Virus record (IMG/VR): IMGVR_UViG_3300027790_000066
Location: 1 to 29,705 of that record
DNA: 29,705 bases
Strand: one strand, 5' to 3'
Origin: a virus
Lineage: Duplodnaviria; Caudoviricetes
Positions 25,290-29,705 of this stretch are shown in pieces. The position numbers and the translations under genes were made by a program. Position 1 is the first letter of the stretch. Every line of letters begins with the position of its first letter. Under the pieces are notes generated by a model, which searched no databases, was not told the DNA's origin, and was given only the letters and a program-made list of their open reading frames with translations.

Positions 25290-27388
25290 GCGAGGTGCTG
25301 GAGCAACTCCAAAAGTCATTCGTAAACGCTCACAAGGCGGGCGATACAGACGCAGCCAAGAGGCTGGCTGAGGAAATCGTCCGCCAGATGCAGCAGGATG
25401 AAGACCCGGAGATTGTCGATAACTTCAATCAGCCTGATGATCCGCCCGTAACGCCGCCAGGCGCGAAGGTTCTCCCGAAATCAATCACGGACGCGATCGG
25501 ACGGGCTAAATCGGGACAGTCTTTCAATGGGCCGACCGGGCAGCATTTCACGGCGCTGAAGGTGCCTAAAGCGGTCGGTGTACTCGGTGCGGCGGCACAG
25601 GGCGGCACGCTTGGTTCGTTTGATGAAATAGCAAGCGGTGTCAAGTCGCTTGCCGGCGACCAGACCTACACACAGGCATTGGACGAGACACGACAGCAGC
25701 AAGAGATGTTCCGTCGTGAAAACCCGAATACGGCCATGGCGGCAGAATTCATCGGGGCTGCGCCATTGATGGCTATGCCGTTTATGGCGGGGCCTAAAGC
25801 CGCATCATTGGCTGGGAAAATGGCCGTAGGCGCTGGCAGCGGCGCTGTGCAGGGCGGTGTTTATGGTTTCAATTCCGGCGAAGGCGATAACCGGGTTGAC
25901 AGCGCTGGAATCGGTGCGGCGCTTGGTGGCGGAATCGGCGCGGCTGTGCCCGTAGCGGGCCAAAGCGTAAAACACATTGTTAGGAACATCCTTGCTCGCC
26001 AGGCCCGGAACAAAACCGGCATGAACAAAGCCGCACATAATATTCTGCGTGAAAACCTCGGTGACGATGTTGTGGCGCCGACTGGCAAAGACGCGATGAT
26101 GGCGGACGCCTCACCGAACCTGGCCGAAATGCTCGATACATCGATTCAAAGCAGCGGGCCGGCTCGTAATCTTGCCACAACCCGGGTGACGGATCGTGTT
26201 TCTCGCGCATCAGGACGCGTCACGGGCGCACTTGACGATGCTATGGGCAGGCCCGGAGTGTCTCAGTCGCGCGCCGTGGTCCCGTATGGCAGCAAAAACC
26301 CTGTTGGCGAAATGTATGATCGCGCGTATTCGACGCCGATTAACTACGCGACCGAAACCGGGCGATCCATTGACGACATGGTTCTCAATAGAGTCCCTGA
26401 CTCCGCAATCAGGCAGGCCAACGCTCTGATGCGTGCGGAAGGGGAGGGAAGCAAGCAGATACTCGCCGAAATCGCGGAAGATGGTTCGGTTGTGTTCCTC
26501 AAAAAACCTGACGTGCGGCAGATCGACTATATGACACGCGCGCTAAATGATGTGGCAGAGACGCAGGAAGGCAAGGGCGCTCTCGGGGGCGTAAGTAATC
26601 TCGGCAGGGTCTATCAGCGCCTTTCAAGCGATATTCGCGTTGCCCTGAAAGAAAACGTTCCGGCCTATAAGAATGCCCTGGACGTTGCTGCCGGGGTAAT
26701 TCGTGAAGGTAAAGCCAAAGAAAGCGGCTTGGCGCTTCTCAGCACTCGCATAACCCGTGATGAGGCAGATGACATCTTGCGCGGGATGGGTAAGGCCGAA
26801 CTTCGCAAGGTCGGGGAGGGCGTGCGCCAGCATATTGACGACACCCTTGCCCGCGTAAAGCGCACGCTCGGCAACCCGAACACAGATCACCGTGAAGCAG
26901 CCAAGGCCATTACGGAACTGTCCAGCCGTCAGAATCGTGACAAAATCCAGATGCTCTTGGGACCGGACGAGGCCGGACAGCTATTCGCGAAGTTGGATGA
27001 TGCGGGCACGGCGTTCGAACTGCGGGCCGCGGTTGCGGACGGGTCTGCCACACATACCCGCAAGATGATGGACGAGGCTATCAAGGCTCAGACCGATCAG
27101 GGTGTTGTCAACTTCCTGCGGAGCGGCCATCCGATCAAATCCGGGAGCACCATCGCAAGCAAGATTCTCGGGCGCTCTCCCGCATCGGTGCAACGGGCGC
27201 AGGACAAGACTTATACCAACCTTGCGGACTTCCTGACGGCGCAGAATCCGGCAGAGAACCTGGCTGCCTTCAGGGCTGCAAATCAGAACATCGTACCGCA
27301 GTCGGAAGCGGCGGCGGAAATGATAGAGAGAATATTGCGGGGCAACCTGGCCGTGTCCGGTCAAGCCAGCCAGTTCAGGGGAAGATAG
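25286..27388 (+). CDS. DNA ejection/internal virion protein 3
   Basis: QGGTLGSFDEI and Gly/Ala-rich membrane-like segments followed by a helical body; synteny. Confidence 0.75.
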   Translation: MSEVLEQLQKSFVNAHKAGDTDAAKRLAEEIVRQMQQDEDPEIVDNFNQPDDPPVTPPGAKVLPKSITDAIGRAKSGQSFNGPTGQHFTALKVPKAVGVLGAAAQGGTLGSFDEIASGVKSLAGDQTYTQALDETRQQQEMFRRENPNTAMAAEFIGAAPLMAMPFMAGPKAASLAGKMAVGAGSGAVQGGVYGFNSGEGDNRVDSAGIGAALGGGIGAAVPVAGQSVKHIVRNILARQARNKTGMNKAAHNILRENLGDDVVAPTGKDAMMADASPNLAEMLDTSIQSSGPARNLATTRVTDRVSRASGRVTGALDDAMGRPGVSQSRAVVPYGSKNPVGEMYDRAYSTPINYATETGRSIDDMVLNRVPDSAIRQANALMRAEGEGSKQILAEIAEDGSVVFLKKPDVRQIDYMTRALNDVAETQEGKGALGGVSNLGRVYQRLSSDIRVALKENVPAYKNALDVAAGVIREGKAKESGLALLSTRITRDEADDILRGMGKAELRKVGEGVRQHIDDTLARVKRTLGNPNTDHREAAKAITELSSRQNRDKIQMLLGPDEAGQLFAKLDDAGTAFELRAAVADGSATHTRKMMDEAIKAQTDQGVVNFLRSGHPIKSGSTIASKILGRSPASVQRAQDKTYTNLADFLTAQNPAENLAAFRAANQNIVPQSEAAAEMIERILRGNLAVSGQASQFRGR

Positions 27389-27557
27389 ACCAGAAGATAA
27401 GCCCGAAGAGCAGAATCGGGAAAAGAAGGCAGGCTATGACATGGCCTGGCGTGTCGTCTGCCGGCACTTTGAGGCTTTTTGCGACCCCGTAAAACAAGGT
27501 TCCCAAAAGCACGCCGCCTATAAAAACGCCACCAGCGACCTGAAACATTAAGTCCAT
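27375..27557 (-). CDS. 60-aa two-TM membrane protein (antisense moron)
   Basis: MDLMFQVAGGVFIGGVLLGTLFYGV...VIACLLFPILLFGLIFWSIFP; has its own promoter. Confidence 0.7.
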   Translation of the reverse strand: MDLMFQVAGGVFIGGVLLGTLFYGVAKSLKVPADDTPGHVIACLLFPILLFGLIFWSIFP

Positions 27558-27563
27558 GCCATT

Positions 27564-27592
27564 TATATGGCACTCAACCAATGCCGGTTCAA
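27564..27592 (-). promoter_or_regulatory. Moron promoter
   Basis: TTGAAC-17-CATATA, ending 6 nt before the ATG. Confidence 0.55.
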
Positions 27593-27629
27593 CAGAAACC
27601 GCATTCCAATAGAACACCGAATTTAGAAC

Positions 27630-27643
27630 GCGTCGTGAGACGC
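27630..27643 (+). promoter_or_regulatory. Repeated leader hairpin GCGTCGTGAGACGC, copy 3
   Basis: Identical to the copy at 18270. Confidence 0.6.
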
Positions 27644-27663
27644 CTTAACCTGGAGAGCCAAAG

Positions 27664-28860
27664 ATGGCGCGAAATGGAAGCGGCACCTATAGCCGCGCTG
27701 TATCTGATTACACGGCGTCCAGTACGATTAGCAGCGCTGCTGTTAATGCGGAAATGGACGATATTGCGACGGCTCTAACCGGGTCTATCGCAAAAGACGG
27801 GCAGACCACGACAACGCAGGTTATCCCGTTTGACAGCGGAATATCCACGAACACCGTTGCGGAAGAAACAGCCGGAAGCGGTGTAACCGTTGACAGCGTC
27901 CTGCTGAAGGACGGGCGGGTAGACTGGAACAAGGGCGCTGCGGTTGCGTCTGCAACGTCCTGCGATATTTGGGCCACGACCGGCAATGTCGTGCATATCA
28001 CCGGCACGACGGATATCGACAATTTCGGGACTGCTTCAAAGGCGGGCCTGTTCCGGGTGGTGGAATTCGACGGCGTTCTTTCGCTGAACCACAGCTCCAC
28101 GATCGACAACCCGGGCGGGGCGAATATCACGACCGCAGCGGGAGACCGGGCGATTATCTACGCCGACACAACCACGCTGGCGAAGGTGATTTACAGCCGG
28201 GCGGACGGTACGGCTGTGGCTGCGTCCCTCAGTGCTGCGTCTAACGGCGGGGCGGGGGTATCCGGTTCCGCTGTGTCTGTGGATCCGAACAACGCAACCG
28301 ACACGGCTATTGCGGCGGGTGACGAAATCCTGTTCGGCGATGTGTCCGACAGCGACAACGTTAAAAAGGACACGGTGCAGGGTATCCTGGACCTGGTGCC
28401 GGCGAGCGGCGGCAAGCTTGTCCAGGTCGTAAACACCCAAACCGGCGCGGTTGCGACAGGTACGACAGTTATCCCCTATGACGATACGATTCCTCAGAAC
28501 ACAGAGGGCGACGAATATATGACGCTGGCAATCACGCCCACGTCAGCCTCGAATACGCTCGAATTCGATATTGTGGTGCAAGCCAGTTTCTCCGGTGGGG
28601 GCCGACAGATCGCGGCGCTTTTCCAGGACAGCACCGCAGATTCGATAGCTGTGGGGGCGATGCGAGTGGATAGCAGCGCGGAAATCGTCACTATTTCATT
28701 CAAACATGAAATGACAGCCGGCACGACCTCGGCAACCACGTTCAAGGTGCGTTCCGGCAACGGTAATTCGGGAACCACGACCTTTAACGGCGCGAGCGGT
28801 GCTCGCCGGTTCGGCGGTGTCTGCGCGTCTTCGATCACCATACGAGAAATCAGCGTCTAG
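27664..28860 (+). CDS. Tail fibre/spike protein
   Basis: MARNGSGTYS...DIATALTGSIAKDGQT anchor; PGGANITTAAGD and DDTIPQNTEG modules. Confidence 0.85.
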   Translation: MARNGSGTYSRAVSDYTASSTISSAAVNAEMDDIATALTGSIAKDGQTTTTQVIPFDSGISTNTVAEETAGSGVTVDSVLLKDGRVDWNKGAAVASATSCDIWATTGNVVHITGTTDIDNFGTASKAGLFRVVEFDGVLSLNHSSTIDNPGGANITTAAGDRAIIYADTTTLAKVIYSRADGTAVAASLSAASNGGAGVSGSAVSVDPNNATDTAIAAGDEILFGDVSDSDNVKKDTVQGILDLVPASGGKLVQVVNTQTGAVATGTTVIPYDDTIPQNTEGDEYMTLAITPTSASNTLEFDIVVQASFSGGGRQIAALFQDSTADSIAVGAMRVDSSAEIVTISFKHEMTAGTTSATTFKVRSGNGNSGTTTFNGASGARRFGGVCASSITIREISV

Positions 28861-28935
28861 TGAGTGCGCCCCGCCGGACTGCACGAACAGACCCGACGAG
28901 GCTAACCGAAACCCCCAACCACAGGAGCCGGGGAC

Positions 28936-29259
28936 ATGGCTAAGCATACTGTTAAACGGAATCTGGCCGCTCTGGCTATTCCAATCTTGATGATGTTTTG
29001 GAATCCGGCTGCGGCACAGCAGGGCGTCAAGTGCTTCCCCTACGATGCAGCGATGGCGCATCTCAACAAAAACACATCAGAACGCATGGCAGGCGCAGGC
29101 GTGGATGCTCACGGAAACCTTGTGACGCTTCATGCCGCACCGACAGGTGAATGGACAATTGTTGTCAGACTTATGCGTGACGGCGCTGCTTTCGCCTGCC
29201 CGCTATCGGCAGGGCAGGGCTGGCAGGTTGTAACCGAGAAAATGGGGCAGCCTTCGTGA
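28936..29259 (+). CDS. Small exported protein with two cysteines
   Basis: Sec-type signal ending PAAA; GEWTIV...AC...GQGW; SD AGGAG. Confidence 0.75.
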   Translation: MAKHTVKRNLAALAIPILMMFWNPAAAQQGVKCFPYDAAMAHLNKNTSERMAGAGVDAHGNLVTLHAAPTGEWTIVVRLMRDGAAFACPLSAGQGWQVVTEKMGQPS

Positions 29260-29519
29260 CCGACCCCGATCACCGTCAGATATATGAGCGTGTAGGTGTC
29301 CTGGAGACCAAACAAGACGCCCTGCAAAAAGAAGTCACCGAGTTTAAGGACGAGTCCCGCGTATACCGCACCAAGAATGGCGACAGTATGGCCGAGGTGG
29401 TCGGATGGGTGCGCGATCAACAAACACAGCGCCGACTGCTTAAAAAAGCCCTGAAGGGGCTGGCATGGTTGCTCGGGCTGGTCGCCACAGGCATCGCCGT
29501 ATTCAAGGGCGTCCGCTGA
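29256..29519 (+). CDS. Coiled-coil protein with a C-terminal TM helix, possible holin
   Basis: ERVGVLETK coil, then GLAWLLGLVATGIAVF; position after the fibre gene. Confidence 0.55.
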   Translation: MTDPDHRQIYERVGVLETKQDALQKEVTEFKDESRVYRTKNGDSMAEVVGWVRDQQTQRRLLKKALKGLAWLLGLVATGIAVFKGVR

Positions 29520-29547
29520 TGTATCCGCAACTACACACGGTGAAATA

Positions 29548-29705
29548 ATGCCGAATCCCGGCGTGAAGAAAGACCAAGCCGAAGAACGCCTTGTCGTAAT
29601 CGAGACGTTTCTAAAGCAAGGATACTTCCCTGCGGGCATGACGCCGAGAAACGGCGAATATGGCGCGGTGCGAATGGCACTCAGACATTATGGACTTGCC
29701 GCAGG
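29548..29705 (+). CDS. Hypothetical protein, runs off the right edge (MPNPGVKKDQAEERL...)
   Basis: Frame open from ATG 29548 to the window end. Confidence 0.55.
   Translation, partial: MPNPGVKKDQAEERLVVIETFLKQGYFPAGMTPRNGEYGAVRMALRHYGLAA

Noticed and set aside
28892-28936. Hammerhead-ribozyme-like string CCGACGA-GG-CTAA-CC-GAAAC
   Set aside because: The core has C in place of the conserved U, there is no NUH cleavage triplet closing stem III, and no convincing stem I
1-29705. Integrase, att site, reverse transcriptase, IS element or recognisable defence operon
   Set aside because: No supporting motifs seen in this window; they may lie outside it

Overview
This is about 30 kb of a temperate, lambdoid-organised phage or prophage with a P22-like (podovirus) virion module. 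The host is most likely an alphaproteobacterium, judged from a GcrA-like gene and the style of the small genes. The left arm (minus strand, 1-5049) is an early recombination operon: DUF968-like nuclease, NinB-like protein, SSB, Rad52/Sak annealase, micro-ORFs and a pentapeptide-repeat protein. The immunity switch (5074-6678) has a CI-like XRE/S24 repressor, cro, a cII-like gene and two near-identical divergent promoters. The right early operon carries RusA, an HNH endonuclease, a GcrA-like protein, a replication initiator with internal iterons, a helicase-loader-like protein, a Tat-signal protein and a Q-position regulator. The late operon starts with a promoter and two terminators, then five virion-like genes, terminase, portal, scaffold, P22-type coat, head-tail and ejection proteins, an antisense membrane-protein moron, a tail fibre and a holin-like gene. 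The most notable unexplained signals are mostly non-coding: a cloverleaf tRNA-like RNA after cII, tandem NrdR-like boxes and a second tRNA-like element at the late promoter, and a GCGTC-GTGA-GACGC hairpin before three major structural genes. There are also gene stubs (RuvC apparently displaced by RusA+HNH) and a repeat array that varies only at non-synonymous sites. All product calls come from motif recognition and synteny; no database search was run.
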